DNA of 64,000 nucleotides from Phoronis australis. Its lineage: Eukaryota > Animalia > Phoronida. The notes below the pieces were generated by a model, which was not told the DNA's origin, ran no database searches, and saw only the letters and a list, made by a program, of their open reading frames with translations. The stretch lies in assembly GCA_002633005.1 (NCBI GenBank), contig NMRA01000742.1:62001-126000 (forward strand). The letters run 5' to 3'. Positions within the stretch are counted from its first letter, which is position 1, and every line of letters begins with the position of its first letter. The translations under genes were made by a program, and so were the position numbers. This document shows positions 1-14,100 of this stretch, one piece after another.

Positions 1-211
1 AAAATGGAAACATCTGTCTGTTTCTTAACGGAGACAGGCAGACTTGAAAGCTTCCTTTACGAAGAACCATAATGGGGCTCTCATGCATTAACTCAGGTGC
101 ATTGTGCAATGGGCCCAACCATTAAAGCTGTGCACATCTGTTTCACCGCAAATGACATCAGGCCACCTGAACTGTTTTGTTTAACTATGTTGGACACTGA
201 ACTGTTCATAC

Positions 212-318
212 CATTTATTACACTGATTCCATCTTTCAGTCAGTTGTCGACCACGGAAGAAGCATTTACAAAGAGACTTGTCCACACACTGACCCTTCGC
301 ATCATCAAAAAACTGACC
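212..318 (-). CDS. Gene B exon 20: end of TIL-2 and start of E/VWC-like module
   Basis: ttgcag|GQFFDDAKGQCVDKSLCKCFFRGRQLTERWNQCNK|gtatga, phase 0 to 2. Confidence 0.85.
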
Positions 319-3300
319 CTGCAAGACAGTTGAGGTAATAAACAGGGTTAGAATTCAATGTGCCAATAAACCTGCATTGTCAAGGAAACAAATTTTGATT
401 TTGACCAATCATTGCTATAAAATTTGTCTCAACCTGTTCCTACCTTTGATTAGAGGTGATTTTTAATATTGCAAACAACTGACAGGTGAGTTCATTATTG
501 ATCCTTGAGACCATGCTCCGCAGTTTAAATAAAACGCCGGGTTTGGTGGTCGAAAACAAAAATTGGTTTCCATGATGGAAGAAGAGTATATAGCCAACTT
601 AAGTTTTAGTTTTTATTTTTTGACACTTCGCAACAAAAGCTTTGCATAGGTTTAAAAAAACACTTGAAATCAAGGTCAAGGTCGCCAGGATCAATTGGCA
701 TCTTGTGATACACCATCCACACCTCGATACAAAATGTGAACAAAATCTAAAGCTTCCTTCCTGAGATTCTGTACCAAACAACATTTATGTAAAAACTTGA
801 TTTTTTGATTGTGACCTTGAAAATGATACCAAGGTCACCAAAACTAACTGGTGCTTGCAGATGTCCCCCTCCACGTCGGTACCAAGAACTAAAAACAAAA
901 TCAAAAGCTTCCTTCTTCAGATTTCAAAACATTGTGACATACACATGTTTAGACATATCTGCACATGTACGGTCGTCAATACTATGTGACCTCGGTTTGC
1001 GCTAAAGTGCGGCTGCGGACAAAAAGAATAGCAAAAGCAAGAAGTTAAAAGCTTTGCACAGGTTTAAAAACTCTAATATTTAGTAATAAAATAAATATTG
1101 AACAAAAACATGTAGCTACAACGGATGTAAAACCAGGGGCATATTTCCCTTTAGCTCACTATTGGTACACATAATTAACTGAGCTCCAACCCATCAAGAA
1201 ATACTTATTTTTCAATTGTAGTTTCTTTTTCATCAAAACAAACTAATTTCAGTATTCAAAACTGTTTTAAACTAAATGACACAAAACGTAAAGAGCAATA
1301 GCACTAACACAGTGACAGCTGCCCCAATAGTGGATCTCTATCTAAAGTGCCCTTAAACAAAACAAAGAACGCATTGACTTTCCAACAGCAGATGGTACTA
1401 ATAATCACTGCACAATACAGTAGGTCACCTTCAATACGAAAAGAATTCGAAAGTTATGCAACAACTCTGGGTAATTAGCCAAATATCAAAAAACTATAAA
1501 TTTTAACTGTCAGTAAAAGACAATATTTTCTGACAGCAGAAAGCCTGCAGAAGTTGAGTTTAGACTGTTTCCCAATCTGAGATTAATTGCATCACATGAA
1601 CAAATCCTTTTTGTAAAACTTGGTAAAAAGGAAATGCACATTCAAGTATTCATAGCAAAAAACGACTGTGATCAACTTTCATTTCATGTAAATGTTCATG
1701 ATGAGATTCTAAAAACGGTGTTGCAGTAATTTCTAAATCGCTATTTTTTTTAAGCAACTTCAGATTTTATCATGAAAACGGCATAATTTAATAGCCCTCA
1801 TACGAAAAAGGAACATTTAAGACACAATTCTTGATGGCATTTTGGAGAATAGTGCTCAAAGCATAGTGTCTCTTAAGTTTCTTGTAAATCCAATCAGTCA
1901 TTTCCGAGATATGATGGTCCAAATTTGGCCAAATTTGAACATCTTTCTAGGGGCCCACATATATAAACACTCAATATGTAGTGTTCAATGATGTGACTTG
2001 TAATGTGAGGGGTGCAAAGTGCGCAGTAAGTGTGTCTCTCGACCCCACAAATGTATTGAAGCACATCCCATCAATTACTTAGCAACTAAAATGAAGTCTT
2101 ACATAACTGGCATTCGGGTTTTGATAGCTAAACTACTATCACAGTGAGGAATATTATGACAATTTCATGAGAATAAAATGCATAATTCGATTTTCATTTT
2201 TAGCAAGCTAAACAGGATGAAATGCAGTTTTAGAAACTGCACATCTTCCAGTTCAGTGGGGACCTTGGTACAAGATTTTGTAGATCAACTTTGAAGCTTT
2301 GCTATGTTAAAGGGTCCATTTCAACAAAAAAGCAGCTCTAAATCAGCCAGCCCACCTTTGGACACTGACATCCAGCGACACACTCTTCCTGGCAGTTCTC
2401 AGGCTGGTTGTTCTTACACTCGTCACAGTTGAGACCACACTCAAAGAACAACTCAGTGTCACGGCTGCAGTCGTGCGCTGCAAGAGAGTCGGAAAAACAA
2501 TTTCATTCTCGTGACGAAAACACAGACACATGCTTTCAATAATAATTATTTTGTCAGGGGAGGGACATTTTTTTTCAAAAGTCTATGTTTTCTGTAAGAC
2601 AACAAGTGAAATGCATAAATAAGAAAACCCGTCACTCCACACACAGAAATAATGGAAGGCTTGACTGTTAGTGTTAGATCCTTAAAGCCAAAGCTTGACA
2701 TCTATAATATTGCATGGACACATTTTTAAACAACAATAATAATAATAATAATAATCATAATAATAGCACTACTAGTAGTAATAGTAATAATAGCAGTATC
2801 AGTAGCAGTAGCAGTAATAGAGATAACAATAAGTAGTGATAATTCCAGTTGTAAATGACTAAGTTATGGACAAAGTAGAATTTGCTGATTTTGCTGTTAG
2901 TTTCCGGCCAAATGTGACTTAATCTGAAGTTGTCAATTTTGACTTGACCGTGTTAGAACTGAAGGTGGCTTTCATTAATTTAAAAGTTTACAGATCGAGT
3001 CCTCAATGCCTTGATTCAGGGACCAAATATCTGGATCATTTCCCTATGAAAATATTTTTAACACCATGCAAAATTACCTTCCAATGATTAGAATCACTTC
3101 CCACAATTAAGCGTTAGTCCTGGCTACTTGGGGCATTGTGAAAGAGGGATGGTGACAGCGGATGGAAGTGGTGGTGAAAAGGGATATAAATTTTCGACCT
3201 CAACAAAAAATTACCCTCTCAGAAGGCACAGGTACCCTTCCCTTCAGGTGACCGAGGGCCCTGAACAAGGAAATAATGCAGTCAGGGGCCAGAGTGGCAT

Positions 3301-6300
3301 TTTACATTAACATAAAAGTTTCACACTATTATCAAAGATGCAAACCACTTTATAAATGGGCTTAATTACTTTGCTCAGCAAATGGACCAGGAAAATGCCT
3401 CACGTTTCCGCTAACTTACGACAAAGAGATTCATTCCTCCATGACACGATGATTCCCCTTAGTGAGCATTCTCGTGCGTACGCTGAGAATGACGGACACT
3501 CGCCATTGGCTCCCATCTGACAGACATCATGTTCGCAGCGTTTAATGAATATTTCAGGATCAACAAAGACATGACAACGCTTGAACATCTCTGTAAAAAG
3601 AACATGACTTATGAAACAATCAAGTGTTTTACCAACTTTGTGACCACCATGAAAACAACCCACACAGTCACAAGCATTTACCAAGTATACAAAAAAGCAT
3701 CATAAACTCCCACCAGAAAGTCTGAAAATATTTCTGACACAACTTGTTGCAAATTTTCAACTTAAAGACGCCATGGAACACCTTTCAATTACATTCTAGA
3801 ACTGACATTGGATTGAGACCACTTTACCATCGATAAAATCGTTGTAATATTGTCCCTTTAATGAGTCTTGAAGCGATTTGTGGGCTTGGGAAGAACTGAC
3901 AGTCAACTGTCACATTGAGGATGGTGGTGTTGGGAAGAACTGACAGTCAACTGTCACATTGAGAATGGTGGTGTTGGCTTCGCCTGACATGTCATTTTAA
4001 CACCGAGCACGGAAGTACGCAACAAAGAGCTGTCAATGTTATTCTTCTTTGACCAAAAGCCAGTCCATAACAGATCTCAATTAAACGTGTTAAATCCTTT
4101 AGACAGAACATGTGACACATGAATCTCATAAATTGGTCAATGTACCATCATTGAGCTGAGAGCACTTGAGTCTGGCATTTCTTTTGGCCGACTCGCTCCT
4201 GGAGCAAGCGCCCTCTAGCGTAGAGACCTCCTCAGCCGGGCAGCTGAATGACGTACGCCATGAGTTGATGTATGTAGCGACTTCTACAGTGCTGTCTCCA
4301 TCGCTCATCAGAGTGTCGTCAATCTGATTGCCATTATTGTTGCCACAAACACCACCAAGCTGTAAGAAACAGCAGGACATGACTTTACTGGTAAAACTGA
4401 AATCAAAATTTACAATTAGCATTTGTCACAAGGTGACCAGGCAAACTGTTTCCTCCGCTTACAGTGCCACCATGGGCATAAGGTCACCCCACCCCCACTG
4501 CTAAATCACTGAAATGCCTCCTAATTTGTGAATTTTGAAGGCAATAACAAATTTAAGCTGTAATAAGAAATTTTGAATGAAATTGAAATTTGTTGACTTA
4601 AATCTTAAAAATCTCATCTCTTGACAAAATAATGAAATACAGAGTACAGCATTCAGAGTGAATCTTCGTTTTTCTGTTCATATCTCCATGAAAGTAAAAT
4701 TAACAGATTCATTTTTATGTCTATTTAGGTCGAATGATCGAGTTGCTATGACCTTGAAAATAATGACAAGGTCACCAAGTTCATCTAACGTCTGGAGATG
4801 GACCAGCTACACCTTGGTAAAAAAAAAACAAAGTTTAATGCTGCCTTCTTGAGATAGCACACAAACGGCATATTCCATGAAAAGACTTGATTTCTTCACT
4901 GTGACGTGGAAGTCAAGGTAAAGATTCTCTGGTACCTTGCGATACACCATCCACACCTCAATACAAAATGTGAACAAAATCTAAGGCTTCTCTCTAGAGA
5001 GGTTGTGCCAAACGTTTTCTACGTAAAAACTTGATTTTTGGTTGTGATCTCGAAAATTATGTCAAGGTCACCAAAACCAGCTGGAACCTGCAGAGCCCTC
5101 CTGCACCCCGGTACAAACTAAGAACAAAATCAAAAGCTTCCTTCTCCAGATGTCAAAACATTGTGTGACGCAAAAATGCTCTGACATACTCACGCACTTA
5201 CGGTTGTGAATACTATGTACCCCACTTCGTGCTTAAGTGAGCGGGGGACGAAAACAATTCTATACTTAAGTACGGTAACTTTGTTTATTACAGAGCATCG
5301 ATTTCTGTTTTCAAAAACAGAGAAATCTGTTTTGCGAACATAAATTTTGTTTTTCCCATTTCGTAAATTAAATAATCCATTTATCAACTATAATTTTAAA
5401 AACTGTCTCATAAAAATATCATCTGTGAATTACCTTTTTACTTTTTCTGTTGTATTATGCTACAGTTCCGATGTATATGCCACGTTCATTATTTCACAAA
5501 ACAAAAAACAGAACAGTGCTTGACCTTTACAGAGTGATAACAAATGTTTACTTGAATATTACTGCTGAAAAATGACCGTGGATCAATTTGAGGCCACAAC
5601 TTAAGAACTTATAGTGAGTTTATTTAATTTCTGGCATTAGTAACCAAAAATATTAGAATGATGGTATTTGCAACTGACTTCTCAACTTCTGTGGAAGAGA
5701 AGATTCCCGGCTGAATTTCACCTGTTTTATGCAAAAATAAGGTCTGTCATATTTTCAATTCATTCAGCTCACATAGCAAATGAATTAACTGATCATTTTA
5801 TAGCCATGTCCTGAAAAAACATGGCGACCGTTCTGATTCTTTAGTATTTACCCACAATGCTGTGCGTACACAGGGCAGTTTCCCCACAGTTATACACTGA
5901 GCAATATTTTTCATTCAGATAAGTTTGGCATTTGTTAATCTGGTGTACACTAAGTGCTACTGATACATAATGATTTCCAATTTAGACATGGAAACTGTAT
6001 TCTAAAAGGTGAGTGAGGCGTGACAAACTATTCTTCAATCAGTGTTTCACTCAGCTCAGAAGTGTCTTAGTGGCCTAGGCTTTTGAAACTAACTAAATCA
6101 TACAATGCATTTGGCTACCTCTCCAAAATCAGAGTTTAATGCGGGATGTGGGAATTGCTCAGTGCAATTCTTGTATTTTGCACTTGATGTATTCCCAAAA
6201 GAAACTTTCTAATAAGATTTCATTAAACTTTGCGTTAAGAGTTCTGAAAGCTATACACTAACATTTTGGGTTTGGTGAGGGTAACTAGACCGAATAATGG

Positions 6301-9300
6301 CTGATGGTGGTAAATAAGAGGTGTCGTTCACACACAATTGGCCTTTTGAAATTAACATGCAGTCAGTGAAAGCAGTTGTTTGTGATCCCCATAGTCATAC
6401 AACTGTCGAAGTTGGACCACATATTAACTAAACACAGCTTAACAAAAGAGTTAAGGTCCTGAGTGAGAAGATAATTGTTTTATTACTCCCTATGGATAGC
6501 TGAATAACCAAGCCCGGAATGAACATTATGTAATATTTGCGCCATTGAAACCTACACTCTCCACCAATCTGTTGCCATTGAAAACCTCTGCTCTTTTCCT
6601 CAAGCAAACAACTTTTTGGGAAAAGAGAGCAAAGACTATAATTACCATCACATGACTATACAGGAAGTTCAGTAGTGACGTAAATTACCGTATGACTTTA
6701 ATCCTCAACTAAGCAAAGTTTTTGTTGTTGATGGCAGATGAGACAAAGTGTCACAATGTGTCACAACATCTCACAATGACTACACTAGATTCTTCACCAA
6801 AAAACTAGAGCTGAGTTTACTTAGTTCTCTCCCACAACACTCCACCGTTCCCCCATTTTGCTAGTGTACGCCAACGAGCCCACAAGTTAGCTCTAAAAAT
6901 ATTTATTCTTTTCCCACGTAATCTAGCTCGCTTGCCTGAAAACTTGTAAGAATCTCGCCTTATGGAATGCAGCCCAGCGACCTGTTTCGCAAAAACTATT
7001 AGCAAAAGTCTGACTACAAATAGCCAAAAGTTGATTTAGTTTTGGCATTTCAGGAAACAATTTATCTTCTGTCTAGTTAAGCATACTACGGATTTCTGAC
7101 TCAGTTCTAGCCTGTTTCCATGAAAACGGGCTAACAGGGAGGCCATCCTTAGACTAATTTTTAGCCAAAAGTCAAAAAGCCAATAGGCCCCTGGTCAGCA
7201 AGATCAATCCTCTCAACCATTTGACTGCATGGTTCCCACGGACAACTCTAGTCATTAAATGTCTTCGCAGACCAACCCCACTCAGGATTGGATTCCCTAA
7301 TAGCAAGTTTCAAAATCTCACAGGGAAGTCCAAACAGTCACATATTTTCTGGTGCTTTTTGCATGCGTGAGTCACATCAACATTGCTTTTGTCACATATG
7401 CAAGACACATTATTTGTCAGTGACAGTTCAATGAATTCCATCACTTTACAACTTGTGAAAACAGGAACCACTACTTGATGCAGAATAAAAAACGTAAACA
7501 AAAAACACTATCAGCCTACTTGGCTCACATTTTGTCACAGAATTCTCAAAATGTTACAAAATGACACTGAATTTCATGCAAGCAAGTTTTGTCACAGAAT
7601 GTCACAGGGAATTTATTCTCTGTTCACTTGATATCAAACATTAACTTCAACTCATACCTTGCCCATATAGGCATCATTCTGAAGCGAAATGTACAGAAGT
7701 GTCTTGGTGTCCCAGAGGATGTCGAGCCCAAAGTCAGTAGTCAATCGCAGTAGAAATATGCTGGTCACACGGCGGATAATGAACCCATGGCCTTTGTAGG
7801 GCAGTGGGATGACAACAGGGGTCTCATTGTCACCGAGAGTAACTTTACCACTACTCTGCAGCCTGATCAAATAAAGGAGACACTTTAGTATAGACAGTGG
7901 CACATCCTATTCCATCCTGAACACTGAAAGATTTTCTGAACATTTCATTCAATCCTGAAATAAATTATCAGTCATATTACCATGTGGACCCTTTGAATGC
8001 AGACGGACACCTCTGGAGGCAGTTGACATTAACAACTTCTTCCAACTCGAACAAAGTCTCTCATAATCAACATTTTTGATGAATAGCTCACCATTCCATC
8101 AATGATAGTGAAGATTGAACTCCCATTGTCAATGTGCTCGAAGTCAAATAGAAGTGTAGAGGATACTGGGGTAGGACAGCCATCTGCCAGCCACGCTGAC
8201 AGGGGGCAGCACGGATGGGAGTAAATGTATGTGACACAATACAGAAACAAAATTTTATCTACCCTCACAATATAAAAGTTATAAAATAGCCAAGATCTTC
8301 CTCGAGAAATATTCACCAGCAACACATCATGAAAGAACTGCCGGTTTCATGAGATGAGATGAGAACACTTCTTTCATGTGGCAGTACACTGGATTCAAAA
8401 TCAGCTTTGTAGATTTTGCTATTTTCTCTTAGTCCTGCAAAATTTGTCTTGAAGTGTCAAAAATCTATTAGCTATGACATTTTGACAATCAGCCCGACAA
8501 AATTCGGCACTGGAGTATGGCAACCAAAGTTTGGCCCAAATTGTTCGGCGTTAGAGAAAACAAACAACTTCCGGAGTGGCTCTTTGCCTTAAATCGTCAA
8601 GTTTGCAACAAACATGGGGAGCAAAGGGAGCGAATTCTGTCAACACTATTTCCAGAAATGAATCAGGCAAATGTCTGGGCTGAATTAAAATCAATCTGAC
8701 ATTCCGAAAACAAATCGGACCCAGTCCGATGACTGACATTTGACAAAATCTCTGCAGCCTTCACATAGTGCGTACTCTTTAGGCATCAGGCAACCTGACT
8801 TCCAGTGAGCACAAAATTCCTATCATTATCTAATCAATTACGACAGAACCAGTTCAGAACTTTCCAGCCAAATCCAAGTTAAGGCCATGACCTCACAAGG
8901 CGAATGATCATGTTTAATTTCCAGTTCATGTCAGGGCAACTGTTGCCTCAGATGTGAAACCTGCAGCTAGCGAATAAGCTTCGTAGATGGTCTTAAAAAC
9001 TATTTTTCTAAAAAAGACAATAAGAGTATTATATGTAAGCTTAGATAATGATCTTTTTACAAGACTTTGATACATGCAATAAATATTTTTGACTGACTTA
9101 CAAGGTAATAGAGAAAACTGACAATTTTTGGATGATCCTCAAACATTGTATTTTGTCTACTCCAAGACAAATTTCTGACATGTGTCTTAATTGGGTGCAA
9201 GACCCAAAGAATTAATCAATTCTTTTAGATAAGATGACCCAGACCAACTAAGATTACCTAATGTTACCCAACTGACTTACTCAATCCGCACATTGTCGAT

Positions 9301-11068
9301 TGTGACTATCACTGTCTTCACACACTTGGAATCACAGGTGTCTTTACTCAGAACACGGAAAGACCGTAAGTTTCCAGTCCCCTTGATCTCAGTAAGCACG
9401 TGCTCACATTGACTTTCAAACGAGAAGTCTCGACCATCAAACGTGCTGTAGTGCGTCTGACCAGTGATAGAGCAGGTTCTTCTGCAGTTCTCCACTGGAG
9501 TGCAACTCCATCTGCCGCCTGATTTGCAGAAGCTGAAATTTACCAAATTCAGAAGTTGATTGGCCATTTTACTACACGACACATCAATACCAAGCAAACA
9601 AACTAAAGCAGAATTGACTGTCATGACTGCAAAAGGAGTTCCCTGTCATTACGCATGAGAGCAGGCAGAATTCACAGTCACAAAGGCTGAGATGATAAGT
9701 CTTGATGGGTCCAGTACTGAAGTGTCATCACACGGAAATGGAATTTCTATACGATTATTTTCAGCGTGTACACTATGAATACCATTTATCAAAATGCCAG
9801 ATGGCCGATATGCTAGGAATAATTATCATTGCAATACCAAAACAACGGCATCAGCTATGAACATTTATTCCACGAATAAGAAAGTTAACTTATATTTATT
9901 ATCTACTCTTGGTTTTGGATAGGTGTGCCCCAAATGCAAATTTGAACTCTCTGGTAGTAACATCCCACCCATCACCTGTTACTTACCATGTCTGGCATTC
10001 CTCCTCGTAGCTCTGTCCGGGCTCGTACAGGTTGTCTCCCTTAGTCCTTACACAGGGGCAGTTCTCCTGAGCCACACACAGGCCATTGTTGTTCCACAGA
10101 GTGCCTAACCACACAAAGCCACCATTATTCCACAGGAAACCTAATCTTACACAGGGTCATCTCATGAGCAATTTGACTATCTATGACAATATGATATGAA
10201 GAGGAGACTTCAAGTACAGTGCAAGACAAAAGTAATCACACAAAATTTTGTTTTGCTGTCATGATGGCTAAATATGTGAACAGCAGTAACTACCAGTAAT
10301 AACTACATGGCTTGGAATGACCAATGACAAGAAAGCAGGGCTTGGAATGACCAATGACAAGAAAGCAGGGCTTGGAATGACCAATGACAAGAAAGCAGGG
10401 CTTGGAATGACCAATGACAAGAAAGCAGGGCTTGGAATGACCAATGACAAGAAAGAGGAAAATTTTCCAGGAGATCTAACATTCCAAAAAATAATAAATA
10501 GGCTTGTGAGACAGAAATAATTACCTGTGTTGTAAAATTTAACAGAAATGAATATTTTTGTATAAATAAAGTCAAAATAATGATGAATAGGAGAAGACAA
10601 AAGCAGAAACTGAAAATTGAGAGGAAATCGAAACAAAAAAAGAGGAAATCCCCTTAAAAGAGGAAAATTCCAAGCCCTGTAACTAGTCGGGTCGCAATAT
10701 TCTAATTAGAGAATGGATTTAAGCCACATTACTCTGTTAATTCCCTAATTCAGTCTGTCGTGAAGGGAGACAACTCTGATGAATTCAGTCGTCATTAAGG
10801 GGAATTCAGGCTCAAGTTGTTTTTGGATTGTATTGTATACAAAGGCTTGTCAGAATACTTGCACAATTTCGATGTCCAGGTCACTCACTTAATATAAGGT
10901 AGACTTGTTAGGTTATTCCAACAGAAAAATAATGACAGTATCCAGCGCTTTACATTGAATATTCAGAAGGCTATAGCTTTAAGAGAACTGCCATCTGCGT
11001 AAATACTCTGAATATACATTTTGAATTTATGTATTAATATGTATGTGTAGGTGAAGCCTAAAATGCAA

Positions 11069-11129
<61 letters not shown>

Positions 11130-14100
11130 TATATTAAATATTAAGTTTTAACATAACCTTAAAACCCAAACTGAAGCTTAGAGCCTGCACACATGTGTCC
11201 AGTTACATGGGTCTCAAATGTCGTAAATCTCTGATATAGGTCGACGGATGGATATTCAGAAACAACCTTGTGGGTGTATTTTCGGAAAAAGGTGGCGTAT
11301 TTCCAGAAACGGTGTCACTAAAACTGTGTCACTAAAACTGGGCCACTAAAATTGGGTCACAACTGTGTCACTTCAAAGTCACTAAATACCTTGTTAAATG
11401 ACAGTCATTTGAGTAAAACCGCGATCCCAAAATATAATGCTTTGCTAACATAAACAATATCTTAAATCAAAACATAATATACACAGTTGCGTATTTCAGA
11501 ACAATCCATCAGTTTCAAAACATGTAAACAGTTATCAGAAATACACCCATTGTGTACTTTTGGAAAATTTCCTGAATATACGCCCATGGTCGTACTTTTG
11601 GATGGGCTTATTTTTTCCCATCACTGTCTCTTTAACATCATACTGCCTCTGTGGACTTGTGAAAACATTTATTGTCCTTTCTTGTGCTGTTTTATTTTCT
11701 TTACCAAGTCTATTTTCAGCTCTGACACACAATGAGCGTGAACTCTACGTTGAATTCTCAGTGTCAACAGGGAACTTTTCATGCAATGACCCTATTTACA
11801 TTCATTGAAATAAGAGCTCAGTTTTAGAAAAAATATTAAAAGATGGCATAGTCATAGAAGCACTCATCAAATGATACAAAAACATAACATTTTTAAATAA
11901 ACAAAGACACAAACATTCAGATTTAGGGAACTTTGTCAAGTCCCTATTTGGGGCTGTTTCATGTATCTGGTCACAGGGGCCCAGATTTCAAATGACTTAG
12001 GTCACCCAGAGGGTTTGTACAACATGGCTGCATACTTACCTGTGGGACAGAAGCAGCCATCATTACAGTTCAGGTTGGAGTCACACTTGCCCTCGTTAAC
12101 ACCACACAGTCGGCCGCAGTCATTACTACATTCCATCCACTCGGCACCACCGCTACACTTGGGAATGGCTGGAAAGCAAACCACGATATCCTTTTAGAAA
12201 AATACGAAAAACAAGTTTCCGGTTGTGTCTTTGACAAAATTCCATGACTATTCCTTAATTCTTGTCAATTTTCAGAGAGAAACCATTACTTTTCTCCGAC
12301 AAGAAATTAAGAGAAGAGTTAGCTACAATCTGCATGGATCACTTGCTAATTGTCAGCACTAGTAGGCTAATTGTCAGCACTAGTAGGCTTCATCAGCATT
12401 TGCTTACTAGACAACTGTGTTAATTTTGAAGATTTCATTTAAAACTAAGGCTAGGGTTTATGTCAAATAAGAAAAATTTTAATAACCTATTGACAAGTTT
12501 TAGGCGAGAAATGAATACTCTGTGACAACTCCATGACTTCTCTGACAATTCGTAAATTTCCATGAAAAAACAAACCCCAAGACTTCTTTGAGTTTTAAGA
12601 ACCATTTGATGATTTTACATAATTTTGAGTGTGAAAGTCTCTTGAAAATTTACTAATTTTCTTAGGATTGAAGACTCGTCATTTAAAATGTTTCAAAAAA
12701 TGTATAAAATATCTCAAAATTCTCAAAAATATAGACGGATCCTATCTACTCTGTGGTCTAAGGAACTGCCATTCTGGAACAGTGATATCCCTAGCCTCCG
12801 GGCAAAGAGCAAAAGATGCTCTAAAGTGTAGAGTAAAAATCTCTGTTATATAGTCGAGCTGTCAAGCTACTTCATATCAAAAATACCACCCATATCAATA
12901 CCCGATTTCTTAAAAAAGAACCCACTCCATTACCCATAACTGGTAAAAAGACCACAGTACCAATATCAAAACTAAAATCACAAAAATGACAGCCACCAGC
13001 TGCAAATAGGTGTACACATATCTGTACAGACTAGTAGAACCCAATCCTCCCCCCCCCCAGTCCAAACATCGGTATACCAATCTATTCGCACCGCTATCAA
13101 AGTTCCATGAGTGGGCTACATTACTACTGAGCTGGATCAGGGTTGACTGTTGATGGGGTCGACTCTGTTGACGCAGCAATGTTTGTGAGTGACTAAGTGA
13201 CAATTCGACCCAATGTACAATGGCCTTGAAAACTGATCTAAGATCTTGCCTCACTGAAAGTGATATTAGAGACAACACAAAGATTTCAGTAGCAACTCTA
13301 TCTGCACCGAAACCACAAGTCATATAACGCCTGGCCCTGAGGAATGTTGTACATGGTGGATTACATTATGGTTATTACTATAAGAAAAGTTCAATCCCAC
13401 TTTCATGATTTTGCTCTCATGGCCACAAATGGCCATTTGTGGCCATGATACTGGGACATCCCCGGGCCAAGAAGTATTCAACAAGAATATCAAATCAGTA
13501 ATGACTCACAACAACCAGCTGTGGTACGCCAGTCAGGTATTGGGTAGCCGAGTCGTGCCTGCTTCCTGAAGTAAGCCTCAACGTTTTCACAAGTCTGTGC
13601 CATGCAGGCAGCTGATGAGTCATTCAGCTTGCACTGGCAAGTATCTCTCATGCAGTTATCTTTGAAGCCGGAGAAAGCCAAGTCTGTGTTCTTCAGCACC
13701 GAGCACTGTGTGGTGACTGTGGTGACCTGAGAGAGGTCCTGTAAGAAGTTTGAAACGTGAATTTACATTCAATTAATGGTAATTATTTTCACATGATCTC
13801 AGCACCATGGTGCCTATCATAAATGACCAGAGTTTGACCAATTGATTGATAGATCGACTGACTGGATTACTGTTTTATTAACTGTGCAGCATCGCCAGTG
13901 GGCAATACATGGTCTGTGGAGGCAGATACAGCCACATGTGAAAACCTTGCTATAGAAAGGCTCAATTTACTTTTTGATAGATCAAATGAAGCTTATTAAA
14001 CAATATGCATGAAAACAGTATAAGATTGGATATTAATGTACTGGCAAAACTGCAGTTATCTCCCTTACTTTTTTGTCCTAAACGTAAAAATCGAAGGCCA

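Noticed and set aside
10268-10636. Repetitive ORFs (PSPAFLSLVI, GMTNDKKAGL) or a CRISPR-like array
   Set aside because: Identical 30-bp tandem units with no spacers, lying in a eukaryotic intron; ORFs are by-products.
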